The notes under the pieces are model-generated. The model had not been told where the DNA came from. It saw only the letters and a program-made list of their open reading frames with translations, and did not search any database. This document shows, piece by piece, positions 40,284-51,375 of a stretch of DNA of 64,000 nucleotides. Every line of letters begins with the position of its first letter. Positions within the stretch are counted from its first letter, which is position 1. The stretch is taken from positions 39,676 to 103,675 of the IMG/VR virus record IMGVR_UViG_3300037502_001322, one strand, 5' to 3'. Both the position numbers and the translations under genes were made by a program. The DNA comes from a virus.

Positions 40284-41357
40284 ATGACAGTATTTAATGT
40301 AAACAATAAAGGTCACCTCACTAAGAAATATCCCTTGTTCTTCGGAGAAGATATGGGAATTTTCGATACAGTAAATATTTGCTATCCAGAGATTGAACAA
40401 CTTTACCAGCAGCAAATGGCTCAAATTTGGAATGAGTTTGAAGTGGATTTGACCCAAGACAGGATGGACATGCAAACACTGCCGGCTGGCGTTGTTGATC
40501 TTATGGTTAAGACGTTAGGGTGGCAGTTCGTGGCGGATTCTGTTGCATCAAGATCTATTGCGGAACTCCTTCTCCCTTTCTGCACTAATAATGAGCTGGA
40601 AGGAATGTTGACTGCACAGAGCCTTTTTGAAGTAGTTCATAGTAGAAGCTATAGTCACATAGTTAAACAGACTTTTACCGATCCTAATCAAATGATTAGT
40701 GATATTTATAACAACACACACACACTTGTCCGATCAGAAGCTATTGTGAAAGCATTTGACTCTCTACAAGAACTTTCTAAAGATGCTTCTCTTGCAGAGA
40801 AGCAGAAATCACTGATTAAAGCTTTTGCAGCGCTGTTTGCACTTGAAGGTATTGCTTTCATGGCTTCCTTCGCTGTCACTTTTGCTATTTCTGAAACAGA
40901 TGTGTTCCAAGGCATAGGAGCAATGGTAGCTCTGATTTGTAGAGATGAGGTATTACACACGAGAATGGATTATACCGTACTCGATATACTTCTCCGAGAT
41001 AAAGATTTCGAACAAACAGTTAAAGATTGTTATGGAGATATTAAGGAGATATTAGATAGTGTAGTAGGACAAGAACTTGACTGGTCTGACTATCTTTTTA
41101 GTGAAGGTCGTCAGGTAGTTGGTCTTAATTCTGAACTTCTTAAAGAGTATGTTCGTTATATGGCTAAACCAATCTATGATGCTCTTGGGGTAAGTTTTGA
41201 CTATGACGTAGTAGCAGATAATCCACTGCCGTATATGGACAAATATATTGATCCGAGTCAAATGCAATCCGCAGCACAGGAGATTAATATAACTAGTTAT
41301 AATATTGGTGCTATTGAAAATGATGCAAATGACGTTGATTTGTCTTTTGAATTTTAA
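40284..41357 (+). CDS. nrdB: Ribonucleotide reductase class Ia, beta subunit
   Basis: W...E, D, E.VHSRSY, LEGI.F..SF, RDE.LH. Confidence 0.95.
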   Translation: MTVFNVNNKGHLTKKYPLFFGEDMGIFDTVNICYPEIEQLYQQQMAQIWNEFEVDLTQDRMDMQTLPAGVVDLMVKTLGWQFVADSVASRSIAELLLPFCTNNELEGMLTAQSLFEVVHSRSYSHIVKQTFTDPNQMISDIYNNTHTLVRSEAIVKAFDSLQELSKDASLAEKQKSLIKAFAALFALEGIAFMASFAVTFAISETDVFQGIGAMVALICRDEVLHTRMDYTVLDILLRDKDFEQTVKDCYGDIKEILDSVVGQELDWSDYLFSEGRQVVGLNSELLKEYVRYMAKPIYDALGVSFDYDVVADNPLPYMDKYIDPSQMQSAAQEINITSYNIGAIENDANDVDLSFEF

Positions 41358-41365
41358 AAGAGAGG

Positions 41366-41656
41366 GTGAACTTGATTTCTAAATATATTGTTTATGGTAA
41401 ACAGAACTGTCCTTTTTGTGATAAAGCTAAATATCTTCTAACCAAAGAGAATCTTCCGTTTGAATATAATCAAATTGAAACTCAAGAAGATAAAGAATAT
41501 CTGATGCAGTTGATGAGTAAATTTAATGTAATACCTCGAACAGTTCCTCAGATTATATCTATTGGCATTGATGCTAATATGGGTTATATTGGTGGTTATG
41601 AACAACTGGTCAAATTTATTGAAATCAACAAAGAGGAAATAGTTAATGCAGTTTAA
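41366..41656 (+). CDS. grx: Glutaredoxin
   Basis: CPFC, TVPQI, IGG. Confidence 0.9.
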   Translation: MNLISKYIVYGKQNCPFCDKAKYLLTKENLPFEYNQIETQEDKEYLMQLMSKFNVIPRTVPQIISIGIDANMGYIGGYEQLVKFIEINKEEIVNAV

Positions 41657-42386
41657 AGTTAAAGAAGATAAGAAAACCATTCATTGTTATAATCGTGTGG
41701 GTTTGATGCAAGTTATTGCTTCACTCGTTCCGGAGCCTTACGATATCAAGAAGTCTTGCTTTGCCCCAGATTTCCATTGGTTCTTTGGTGACGTTGGTAA
41801 AATCTACCACCCCAACCTTCAGTGGTTCCTGATGGAAATTAATAAGCAGTTTGGGACTTGTTTTGATGCTAAGCGTTGTTATTCGAATGGTGCTGGTTAT
41901 ATTGTAAGTTTTGACAAACCTGTTAAACTCAAAGACGTTGATTTTGATTCTCTACTGAAACCTAAACACAGGAAAGAAGAGTCAAAACAACAAGAAATTA
42001 TTATCAAAGATTATAAAGAAACTAAAGTTATTGAAACTGCTGAAATTACTGAAGCACCTCAAAAGGAGATTAAAAATGAGCAACAAGAAGTGGAAGAAAA
42101 TCTACAAGACCGAGTTGGCAAAAGCTCTGAAGGAAAAGAGCAAGAAGGCCAATCCGAAAAGGAATCCGTCACAGGAAGCGGAAATGTTGAGTCAAATTCA
42201 TCAGAACGAGATGTGGTGACTGATAGTTTAGTTTATCCTGATTTTGACTCAATGGTTCCTCCTCAGTGGTCAAAGAAGAAAGTAGCAGAAGAAGCAGCTA
42301 AGTTTGGAATTGAAGTTGACTCTACCAAAAAGATGAAAGAAATGGTTGTAGAGTTTAAAGAAAAATATGAAAATCAAGGTAAGTAG
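41646..42386 (+). CDS. Hypothetical protein with C-terminal HeH/LEM-like motif
   Basis: Acidic linker, then K..A..FGIE.D..K....M. Confidence 0.55.
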   Translation: MQFKVKEDKKTIHCYNRVGLMQVIASLVPEPYDIKKSCFAPDFHWFFGDVGKIYHPNLQWFLMEINKQFGTCFDAKRCYSNGAGYIVSFDKPVKLKDVDFDSLLKPKHRKEESKQQEIIIKDYKETKVIETAEITEAPQKEIKNEQQEVEENLQDRVGKSSEGKEQEGQSEKESVTGSGNVESNSSERDVVTDSLVYPDFDSMVPPQWSKKKVAEEAAKFGIEVDSTKKMKEMVVEFKEKYENQGK

Positions 42387-42473
42387 AACTTGATTTAAAC
42401 GATAAGGTCTGATACTATTAAGAGGTTCTATCAAAGAACCTCTTTTATTTTAACTAAAATTTGAGGAAATGTT

Positions 42474-42998
42474 ATGACTGACAAGAAAGAGATTGAAGTG
42501 AACCAACAAGCGGAAGTTGAACAGAAAGCAAAAACCGCACGAACTAAAAAACCTGCAAAACCTACTGTTGATATTAAAGAAGCAGCACTGACTTCCATTG
42601 GATACAAAGATGTTAATGAGGAGTGTGAACTGTGGCAAACTGAGTACGAACAGTTCATTGAAGCTATCGCTGTAGAAGAGCCTGTTAAAATGACTGAACC
42701 TGAGTTGGTTGAGAAATACCCAACACTTCAGTTTCTTAAAGCAATGACCGACACTACTAATCAGGAATGGCGTTGCAATCGTTATGTGGATTTGGTTAAA
42801 GAATCTCTAACTGATAAACAAATTCGTGATTATTATCAGTTTGTAATGATTGGGGAAAAACTGAAGGATGCTTGGTCTCAAGCTGCTAAAGAGTTGGATG
42901 AGCATTTGATGCACAAGTACAACCTCGATTCTAAAGATGTTGGTGGTCCGGTTCTTGAAGAGGATAAGGGTTATATTCCGGGTAAGTTTGATGCTTAG
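42474..42998 (+). CDS. Hypothetical protein
   Basis: SD GAGG; upstream promoter TTGATT-17-TACTAT. Confidence 0.6.
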   Translation: MTDKKEIEVNQQAEVEQKAKTARTKKPAKPTVDIKEAALTSIGYKDVNEECELWQTEYEQFIEAIAVEEPVKMTEPELVEKYPTLQFLKAMTDTTNQEWRCNRYVDLVKESLTDKQIRDYYQFVMIGEKLKDAWSQAAKELDEHLMHKYNLDSKDVGGPVLEEDKGYIPGKFDA

Positions 42999-43110
42999 TA
43001 TTTAATTAGTGTTTTAACATTTAATGTTTAGTTTTTTAATAATTAATGTTCATGGTTGTAGTGTGTTCATGAATCATGAACTTTGTTAAAAGTGTGAACG
43101 GAGGTATGAT

Positions 43111-43632
43111 GTGGTGACAGAAAATACTAAAGACCTTCAGTACGAGGATGACGATTGGTTTTCTATTTATTCAGTAACACCGGAGTACCAGATTTATAAT
43201 AAACTCTGTGATGTGTTTAATGACAAGATAGACGACGAGAAGTTTGTTAAAATCTATAATATGGTTAGTCAACTAAACCAACAAGGGGAAGGGGAGAGTA
43301 GTTATTGGTTCATTCCCGATGGAAGCAAAGAGTTCTTAGTTAACTGCTTTATGGGAATGGTTCATTGGTACGATGACACCAAAGAGGAAGAGTCTCACCA
43401 GAATCTGTTAGCTTTAAAAGAGAGACTTTACAAAGAATATCTTTATATCAAAGAATTAGATAAGAGTGTTAATACTGATAAATATGTCTTGACTTATCTT
43501 TACGATATATGCTATGGTGTAGTTATGGACTTACACAAAAACGGGAAAATCAATGATAGTGAAATGACATTGCTAAGGGATTACTTTAGAGTTATGTTTG
43601 TGAAGTGTTCAGAATATTGTTTGCCGTTTTAA
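43111..43632 (+). CDS. Hypothetical protein
   Basis: SD GGAGG. Confidence 0.55.
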   Translation: MVTENTKDLQYEDDDWFSIYSVTPEYQIYNKLCDVFNDKIDDEKFVKIYNMVSQLNQQGEGESSYWFIPDGSKEFLVNCFMGMVHWYDDTKEEESHQNLLALKERLYKEYLYIKELDKSVNTDKYVLTYLYDICYGVVMDLHKNGKINDSEMTLLRDYFRVMFVKCSEYCLPF

Positions 43633-43643
43633 GGAGATAATCT

Positions 43644-44426
43644 ATGAGTGGTGAAAATCGGCGAAGAAAACAAGATCGGGAAATGAGTCGGCAAGAGCGT
43701 AGACAACATATAGGAGCACAGCAATTGGCAGAAGACCAGAAGAATAAAGAGTTTGTAAAAGATTGGAATCTTGGTTGGTTTAATCCTAAAGGAAACCAGC
43801 AGTTTATTGTACAAAGTTTTAAAGAAAACCTTTTCACTATTGTTGATGGTCCAAGTGGTTGCGGAAAAACAACTACAGCTTTATGGTTAGCACTGAATGC
43901 ACTCCGTTCAGGCGACATTCGTCAGTTAGTATTTATTAAAACTCCTGTTGAAGTAGGGGATGACCAAATCGGTTTTCTCAGTGGAAGCGAAAACGACAAA
44001 CTAAAGAGTCATATGGATACCACCAAACGCATCTTCCACGAGTTTATGGCAAAAAATAAACTTGAGAATGACATCAACAATGATAAGATCCGGCTGACTA
44101 TCCCTAACTATCTGCTCGGTACTACATTTGAGAACTGTGTTGTTATTCTGGAAGAGTCTCAGTTATTCAGTGAGAATACTATGAAGCTCTTGACTGAGCG
44201 TATGGGTAAGAATACTAAATATATTATTTTGGGAGATAGTTCTCAGCGATATGCAGCTAAGAAGCGCACAGATGGGTTCAATGACTTCATTGAGCGTACC
44301 ACTGTTGTACATCAAGGCATTAAGATCAGTAAGTTCCCGTCTTATGTTGGTTACGTTAAACTTATTCGTGATGATAATCAACGTTCAGAAGGCAGTAAAT
44401 TTATTAACAAACTCTATGAAGGGTAA
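43644..44426 (+). CDS. phoH: PhoH-like ATPase
   Basis: GPSGCGKT, IGFL.G, G.TF.N..ILEE.Q, GD..Q. Confidence 0.9.
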   Translation: MSGENRRRKQDREMSRQERRQHIGAQQLAEDQKNKEFVKDWNLGWFNPKGNQQFIVQSFKENLFTIVDGPSGCGKTTTALWLALNALRSGDIRQLVFIKTPVEVGDDQIGFLSGSENDKLKSHMDTTKRIFHEFMAKNKLENDINNDKIRLTIPNYLLGTTFENCVVILEESQLFSENTMKLLTERMGKNTKYIILGDSSQRYAAKKRTDGFNDFIERTTVVHQGIKISKFPSYVGYVKLIRDDNQRSEGSKFINKLYEG

Positions 44427-44470
44427 TTTAATTATGAGGGGATGTTATCCCCTCTTTTTGAAGGGTATAT

Positions 44471-45262
44471 ATGAGAACTAATAAATACAATGTAGTAGAG
44501 GGAGAAAAGTATGAAAGTAATTACTGTGGATGGTTTGAAGTAATAAAATACAATAGTTCTACTGATGTGGATATTAGGTTTTGTTATTCAGGTTATAAAA
44601 GAAAAACTACAGTCAATTACATAAAGAAAGGTGTGGTATACGACCCTTATTACCCTAAAGTGAAGGGTGTTGGTTTCATAGGTGAAGGGATACATAAGCC
44701 GAAGATAAATGGTAAGATGAGTAAATGTCATTCTGTTTGGTTTCAAATGCTCCGCAGGTGTTATGACAGTGAATATAAAAGTTACGAAGGGTATGGATCA
44801 AAAGGAGTGACTGTTTGTGAAGATTGGCATAACTATCAAAATTTTGCTGAATGGTATTATGCTAATCATAAAGAAGGTTTAGCTATTGATAAAGATATTC
44901 TACGAAGAGGAAATAAAATATATGGGCCTGAATTCTGCAGGTTTGTTCCAGTAAGGATTAACAGTCTACTGACTCCAAGATCCAAATGTAGAGGAGATTT
45001 ACCTATTGGTGTTCATAGGAGAAAGAATAGTTCAGGAGAGGTTGTAAGTTATGTTGCTTCTATATCGGGAGGTACAACTACTTCAGTAATTTTCCTTGGA
45101 CATCACAAAACCCCTGAACTTGCTTTTGAAGCTTATAAAGAAACTAAATTAAAACATATAAAAGAAGTAGCGTCTGAAGAATTTCTTGCAGGGAATATAA
45201 CTGAAGATATTTATCATGCACTACTTAACTGGGAAGTGGTACCTTATCCAGAGAAGCTATGA
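44471..45262 (+). CDS. HNH/AP2-type homing endonuclease
   Basis: W..ML.RCY..Y..VC..W..YQNF..W, DKD, N..Y.P..C.FVP..IN, PIGV, LG...T.E.A..AY. Confidence 0.8.
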   Translation: MRTNKYNVVEGEKYESNYCGWFEVIKYNSSTDVDIRFCYSGYKRKTTVNYIKKGVVYDPYYPKVKGVGFIGEGIHKPKINGKMSKCHSVWFQMLRRCYDSEYKSYEGYGSKGVTVCEDWHNYQNFAEWYYANHKEGLAIDKDILRRGNKIYGPEFCRFVPVRINSLLTPRSKCRGDLPIGVHRRKNSSGEVVSYVASISGGTTTSVIFLGHHKTPELAFEAYKETKLKHIKEVASEEFLAGNITEDIYHALLNWEVVPYPEKL

Positions 45263-46641
45263 AACTATCTAAACAGCACTACGAAACAGAGGTTGACAAT
45301 ATAACCACTTCGTATTATCCTGAGTTAGTGGAGTGGTTAAGTCAAAAGTTAGATGTACCAAAACACCACATTGAGATTAGAGATTGGTACGATAACGATA
45401 TAATCTATGTGAAACATAAGAATAAGAAAGAGTTTGAGTTTTATGATTATGTGGACTACACTATAGAGGAAATGATTTATGGAGCAGAAGAGGAGTAAAT
45501 ATTATGAGTTCCCGTTCAATGTCAAACATGAATGTCTCAGTAAAAATTACTGAGCAACACAAGAAACTTATTTGTGAATGTTTTCACTATGGTCTTATTC
45601 GACCTAATGAGTTTTCTGTTATTAAAGATTATCTAATGGATCAAGAGATTAATATCCGTAAAATGCACCACTCTGATAAATGGTTTGGTCTTTACGGGAA
45701 AATCTACTCATTTAAAGAAGAGATGGAACTGAGCAATGCGTACAGACAGTTGAATAAATACAAATTTAGTTTATTTAACATTGTTAAATATCAAGTGTCT
45801 GATTTGTATAATGCTAACCGTTTCTATTCTAAAACCTATGCTGTTCGTAGGGCTTCGGATATGCTGAAAGAAACAGATGAAGTTTATGTTGACAGTGATG
45901 TTATCCGTAGTCTACAATGGTTGGTAGATAACCGGCAACATGTTTATGATTTGCTGGAACGTTACCAGCACTGTTTGAGACCAAGTTGATACTACCGGAG
46001 TAATTGTGAGAGAGTTTATTGTAGGTATAGTCATAGGTGCTGTCATTTCTTTTATATTGACAGGGATGATGTTAGACACACATAACATAGAGATTGGTAA
46101 TGCAAATAAAGCTTGTAAAAATATCCAAGGTGTATTAATCTCTTTTGATTATTTTACAGCAACTTGTAGGGTTGGTGATGTTACAGTAAAAGTTGATAAC
46201 AACTGAGGACAAAGCAATGAACAAATCATCAAATGATTTAGTTGTAGAAGTACACAAAGCAGTTGACCCAGTAACACAAGAAGTGATAGAATCTTTTAAG
46301 TATTTCTTGGTGTACAAATCAAAGGAGGTTGAATCTGGAGAATTGAAAACAATGTTTGAGTGTGAACAAGAAGCAGCTAAGTTGTTTGGTGTTAATAATT
46401 ACCACGTTACTATTGAATATAAGTAAGAATCTTTAATCAAAGAAGGAGAATGAATATGTACGTAAACAAAAACGATATCGCTAAACTGAATGGTGAACTG
46501 AAGTTTGTAGTAGAAGCTCTGTCCAAAGACGAGACTGTATGGGAGTATTCAGACCCACGAGATGGTTGGGTTAAAACTCAACAAATCAATATATTTAAAT
46601 CAGCGCAAGAATATCACGTTGGTGATAACGAACCACAGTAA
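45259..46641 (+). CDS. Run of small hypothetical genes (45259-45498, 45504-45989, 46006-46206, 46193-46426, 46450-46641)
   Basis: Co-oriented, tightly packed ORFs. Confidence 0.55.
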
Positions 46642-46654
46642 CAAGAGGTAAACT

Positions 46655-47467
46655 TTGCCAGTAAAACCTATTCAACAAAAAGATTCATTGGATAGATTTT
46701 ACACCAAACCTGAAGTTGCTACATTGTGTGTCAATCAATTAAAACAAGCACTCTCTGATTATAATATTAATGTGAGTGTTTGGGTTGAACCTTCGGCAGG
46801 ATGTGGTAACTTCAGTTCTTTGGTCGATTGTTTATCTTTTGATATAAAACCACAAAACTCAGAGATAACAGAACAGGATTGGTTGTCCTATAATGAATTT
46901 CATCCTAATTGTTTGGTGTTTGGGAACCCACCTTTCGGTAACAGGAATAAACTAAGTAGAGCTTTTATAACGAAAGCTATTTCAGTGGGTGCATCAGTCA
47001 TTGCGTTTATTCTACCAGCAACATATAATAAACTAACAACACAAAAAGTATTTCCTCATAATTGGAAATTACTATATGTGAATAAGCTTGAGAATAATTC
47101 ATTCCTATTAGAAGAGGAGTCATATCATGTACCTTGCATTTTCCAGATATGGGTTGACTCTAACCAACATCAATTGAACACAGACCTAAGAGAAAAGTCG
47201 GTAGATTTAACTAACGAGTATTTTGAGTTTACAACAAAAGATAAAGCTGATATATTTGTGTTTGGGGCAGCACCCAACAAAGTTGTAACCCCAGAGGAAG
47301 TTAATAAAAATAATCGTGGATATTACTTGCAATGCAAAAAGGAAGTTGATACAATAATTTCCAAGTTCAAGGAAATAGATTGGAAGTCAAAAGGTAACTC
47401 ATCAGTGAGTGGTGGTGTTGCTTGGTTTTCAAAACAAGAGATTGTGAAAATAATAAAAGGAGATTAA
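46655..47467 (+). CDS. DNA amino-methyltransferase (NPPF type)
   Basis: LD.FYT, EPSAG.G.F, D..P, GNPPFG, IAFILP. Confidence 0.85.
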   Translation: MPVKPIQQKDSLDRFYTKPEVATLCVNQLKQALSDYNINVSVWVEPSAGCGNFSSLVDCLSFDIKPQNSEITEQDWLSYNEFHPNCLVFGNPPFGNRNKLSRAFITKAISVGASVIAFILPATYNKLTTQKVFPHNWKLLYVNKLENNSFLLEEESYHVPCIFQIWVDSNQHQLNTDLREKSVDLTNEYFEFTTKDKADIFVFGAAPNKVVTPEEVNKNNRGYYLQCKKEVDTIISKFKEIDWKSKGNSSVSGGVAWFSKQEIVKIIKGD

Positions 47468-47468
47468 A

Positions 47469-47765
47469 ATGAGTGCAAACAACGAATCTCGGAAATTCGC
47501 TAACCAGTTGGCTAATGCCTTCGGTTGGGAGAAAGAAGGTAATGGGAATTTCTTTCGTACTCGTAGTGGAGCAAAAGTAAACATCACAATGACAACATCA
47601 GGTAAGATTGAATCTCGTCAGTTCACTCTCGATTGTGACTATCTCGCTTGCTATGATGTTACATCTAAAAAGATTGCAGTCCATAAGAAGGAAGATTTGA
47701 GCATAGGCAATGTTACACGAATTAATAGTAAGGGTGTGATGTTCTACCAAGCTTCATTGAAGTAA
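47469..47765 (+). CDS. Hypothetical protein
   Basis: SD AGGAG; coupled to the MTase gene. Confidence 0.6.
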   Translation: MSANNESRKFANQLANAFGWEKEGNGNFFRTRSGAKVNITMTTSGKIESRQFTLDCDYLACYDVTSKKIAVHKKEDLSIGNVTRINSKGVMFYQASLK

Positions 47766-47825
47766 ATTTCAATAGGTGCGGGATAGATGTTCCGCACTTT
47801 AACTATCTGAATAGGAGAAACAATA

Positions 47826-48896
47826 TTGACTACAATCGCACTTAAAGATAATTGCATGGCTTCAGACGGCCAAGTCACTCTGGGGAATCGTATTGACTCC
47901 TATAACCAACGTAAAGTATTTGAGGTTGCTGGGTGTCTTGTGGGGTTCGCTGGTCGGTTCAGCTCAGCTCTAAGATTTTTGGCTTGGTTTAAAGATTATA
48001 TGCAATCTGTCTCAGCTCAAAATATGCACCCAGAAGTTATAGTTTCTATTCCTGAGAATCTGATTGACGAAGATTTTCAAGCTGTTGTTGTCTACCCTGA
48101 TGGTGAGACTTATCTATTTGAGGGTGGAGATAGAGCCTTTAAGATTGAACAACCATACTCCATTGGTAGTGGTGCTGATTACGCAGTAGCGGCTATGAAA
48201 GCAGGAGCTACAGCAGAAGAAGCTATCAATATTGCTAAAGACCTTGACGTATATTCTGGAGGTGAAACGTTTGTTGTTGAACTTGCTGAAGAAGAACCTG
48301 AGCTGACCCGTGAAGACCTTGAAGAAATGACAAAAGAAGAACTCATCGATCTTCTCTTTCCCGAAGATTGTGAGTGTGAAGATAAAGATGAAGAAAAGGA
48401 GTCCGAACCTGAACAAGTCGAAGAAACGAAACCTAAATCGTCAAAACTCGCAGAGGCGATTAAAGAGGTTTATGGACTTGAAGAAGAATGCTCAGATGAT
48501 ATCGACGCCAACGACTACTTCGGAGTTAAGCAACAAGGAACACAAGAAGAGATCAAACAAGCAGGACGATTGAGCAAAGAAGCTAAGATTAATGAAGCAC
48601 TAAAAGAGTATGGAGTAGTTTATAACAAGACGGCTGGTGTTTACACCAAAGGAATGATTGAGCTTGACTACAAAGACTCTTGCTTTAAATTTACAGGGAG
48701 TTCGGTGTGGTTTAAGATTAATGAGGATACCGTTGACCTTATGGTATCACATATGACGCTTAGTGAACTTAAAGGTGTGTGCGATTCATTGGATATCAAT
48801 TACAGTACCAAAGTTAATAAAGCTATTCTTGCTGAAAGGATTATGTTTGACATTGAAACTTGGACCTGTGTGATGGACGAAATCTCTTTTGAATGA
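47826..48896 (+). CDS. HslV-like Ntn peptidase, paralog 2, with acidic linker and C-terminal Rho-N/HeH-like motifs
   Basis: (M)TTIA..ASD.Q.T..K..VGFAG..IGSG..YA.AAM.AGA.AEEA..IA..LD.YSGG. Confidence 0.85.
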   Translation: MTTIALKDNCMASDGQVTLGNRIDSYNQRKVFEVAGCLVGFAGRFSSALRFLAWFKDYMQSVSAQNMHPEVIVSIPENLIDEDFQAVVVYPDGETYLFEGGDRAFKIEQPYSIGSGADYAVAAMKAGATAEEAINIAKDLDVYSGGETFVVELAEEEPELTREDLEEMTKEELIDLLFPEDCECEDKDEEKESEPEQVEETKPKSSKLAEAIKEVYGLEEECSDDIDANDYFGVKQQGTQEEIKQAGRLSKEAKINEALKEYGVVYNKTAGVYTKGMIELDYKDSCFKFTGSSVWFKINEDTVDLMVSHMTLSELKGVCDSLDINYSTKVNKAILAERIMFDIETWTCVMDEISFE

Positions 48897-49128
48897 TATG
48901 CAGGACAACTTAACAATAAAGGAAGTCGTTACTAATGATATACCACACAAGAAATCCTCTTGGGACGAAGTGTTCAGGTATGCTCTTGATAAATACAAAG
49001 GGAATGAAGAAAGAGCTGTGAAGTTCTGTCGTGGCTGGTTCTCTGCTGGAGAAGTTATGAAAGCTAATAAAGATAAATAGTGTTTGACAATATAGGCTAA
49101 GTGAATTATAATCTCTACATCTTAACTG

Positions 49129-49671
49129 GTGTGGAGATTTTGTTTTATGGACTTAGCTATAGTAGAAGCTGTAATAATATCTTTAACAATAACAGCTATT
49201 GTTTACTATTCAGTATGCGGGTTTGTTAAGTACAGCGAATTACGGCAGTTAAAGAAAGATTTAGATTCATACTATTTTGTCGTGCAAATAGAAAAGAGCT
49301 TATATTTAGACGAGAGTTTCAGATTTAGAGATCTTAATCTGCCGTTTATAGCTCGGCAAATAAAATTAAATCATTATTGTGGTAACAACACATATATTAG
49401 ATCTGATGTAGCTAAGAAGTATAAAGAGAAAGGTATTTTAAATTATTCGGAACAGCAGAAAGTATATACTAAAGATTTTATCTCAGACTATGCAAGATTT
49501 AAACATCACATACCTAAGCTACCTAAATATGAGTATTACTTGATTTATAAACCATTATCAGATTTGAAAGAATATTTTGAAGATGTTGACAAACCTACAC
49601 AAGATGAAATAAACTACGTCAAGATGGTTTTACCTGAAAAAGAACAAAAATACTATAAGGAGTTAGACTAA
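49129..49671 (+). CDS. PTxEExDY-motif family protein 2 (N-terminal TM)
   Basis: YFEDVDKPTQDEINYVKMVLP; upstream promoter-like TTGACA..TATAAT. Confidence 0.7.
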   Translation: MWRFCFMDLAIVEAVIISLTITAIVYYSVCGFVKYSELRQLKKDLDSYYFVVQIEKSLYLDESFRFRDLNLPFIARQIKLNHYCGNNTYIRSDVAKKYKEKGILNYSEQQKVYTKDFISDYARFKHHIPKLPKYEYYLIYKPLSDLKEYFEDVDKPTQDEINYVKMVLPEKEQKYYKELD

Positions 49672-49799
49672 TGATAACTGCACTAATCTTTATACTGCTG
49701 GAACAATTCGTAGCGGACTATACTGGATGGTTACTTGTCCTTCCTGTTTTGTTTGACTTAGTGTTAATAAGCAAACTTGATAAATAAGGAGAATAAATA

Positions 49800-50300
49800 A
49801 TGAATAATTTTGAACTGCATGAAGAAGCTGAACTGCTTGCTGACACTAAATCCAGTTATGAGCTTGCAAGACAACTTGTAAAAGTCTCTCATGAATTAAA
49901 TAATATTAAGAACAAACCATTGAAAGATACACAGAAACTACAAATGCAGTGTTTGAATAAATTCTTAGATGATTTAGGTTTTTATAAAGATATTTTGGCC
50001 TCTCACGACACTTATATTAATGAGTGTAATAATAACACTGAGGAAGAGATTAAAATAACTTTTAACAACGCAGTTAAACTCTATAACCTAACGCAACCTT
50101 ATTTGTTGGCTGGTGTTAAAGGTAAAGTGATCATTAATGGATCTTCAGTTCAAGAACTAAAGAACATGATAACCAAATACAAGATTTCAGTTTTCGCATT
50201 AGAAGAAGCCATGAATAATAAGGCAATCAAGAGAATTTATCTTCAACATAAGAAGAAAACTAATAAGGTTATCTGTCAGAAGCATTTAGTGGAGTTCTAA
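49800..50300 (+). CDS. Hypothetical protein
   Basis: SD AAGGAG. Confidence 0.6.
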   Translation: MNNFELHEEAELLADTKSSYELARQLVKVSHELNNIKNKPLKDTQKLQMQCLNKFLDDLGFYKDILASHDTYINECNNNTEEEIKITFNNAVKLYNLTQPYLLAGVKGKVIINGSSVQELKNMITKYKISVFALEEAMNNKAIKRIYLQHKKKTNKVICQKHLVEF

Positions 50301-50695
50301 TGGTATATTCACATTTTGGTACTTTTTTGACGATTCTCAAAACAAAAGATTGGGCTTTGGCTGATGTTGCTGTGCATAAAGGTAAATTTGTTTTCGGTAT
50401 TACATCAAAACGATTGCCTGCTAGTTTAGGAATTATTTATTTAGAATTATTAAATGACAAGACTTCTGTGGTTGTGTATGAGAGCTTCTATTTTAAACCA
50501 ATGTCAACTTGCTTTGAGTTTTTCGGAGACTATTTTGAGAGCTGGGCTAAACCTACTGAACAAGAGAAAGATTATTTAGACATGATGTTCCCTGAAATGG
50601 AAGCCAGCAAGTATTTGTTTTCCTCAAGCATAGAAGATATCTTAAAAGAAGAGTTATGCTGTGTTACTAAAGTGTTTTCAAAGTTTGGAAACTAA
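50300..50695 (+). CDS. PTxEExDY-motif family protein 3
   Basis: YFESWAKPTEQEKDYLDMMFP. Confidence 0.75.
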   Translation: MVYSHFGTFLTILKTKDWALADVAVHKGKFVFGITSKRLPASLGIIYLELLNDKTSVVVYESFYFKPMSTCFEFFGDYFESWAKPTEQEKDYLDMMFPEMEASKYLFSSSIEDILKEELCCVTKVFSKFGN

Positions 50696-50698
50696 GTT

Positions 50699-51210
50699 AT
50701 GAAAAACAATAAAGATATTAAAGAGACATACAAATACGAATGTCATTCTTTTCTTCCACTAAAAGGTGTAGGTAAACTATATTGTGTTTACTGTGGATTA
50801 GTTAACCTTAATAATGACCCTACCAGATGGGCAGTTAAAATGGGTTGCAACTATAAAGACCATGTTTCTTACAGAAATAAAATGAAGAAAGGGATAAAAT
50901 GAAAAGAAAGCTAATTAAAAGAAACAAACAGAATTACACAAGACTGATACAGAAAGCTAAGAGTTATGGTTTCAGTCTTAGCATACTGTCAGGAATCTTA
51001 GAGGGTAATAAAGAATTGAAATATTACACTCGAATGCGAAAACGTTATGGTGAAGTCTTTCGCTGGGATTTAGTTGTCTATAAGGATTCCTCTAAATTCA
51101 GAGGCTCAGAGATTGTAAGTGTTCCTATTTATACACCTAAACCACACAACAAATTCTTGAACATGTGGGTCTGGTGTGATATAAAAGATAAACCAGATAA
51201 TGAGGATTAA
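50699..51210 (+). CDS. Two small hypothetical genes (50699-50902, 50899-51210)
   Basis: ATGA-coupled ORFs. Confidence 0.55.
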
Positions 51211-51375
51211 TGATGCCTTATAATACGAACATTTCTCTTTCTATAATAAGAAAAGCACTTAAAGCTTTTAAAGAAGGAAAATCTATAGATGATTATGACA
51301 TACCTAATAATATAAAAGAGTCAATAAAGAGAAGAAAATACTCGAGAGAAGAGTTAAGTAGATACTGGAGGAAAG

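Noticed and set aside
46655-47765. Complete restriction-modification system
   Set aside because: The 98-aa partner lacks a convincing PD-(D/E)XK catalytic set.
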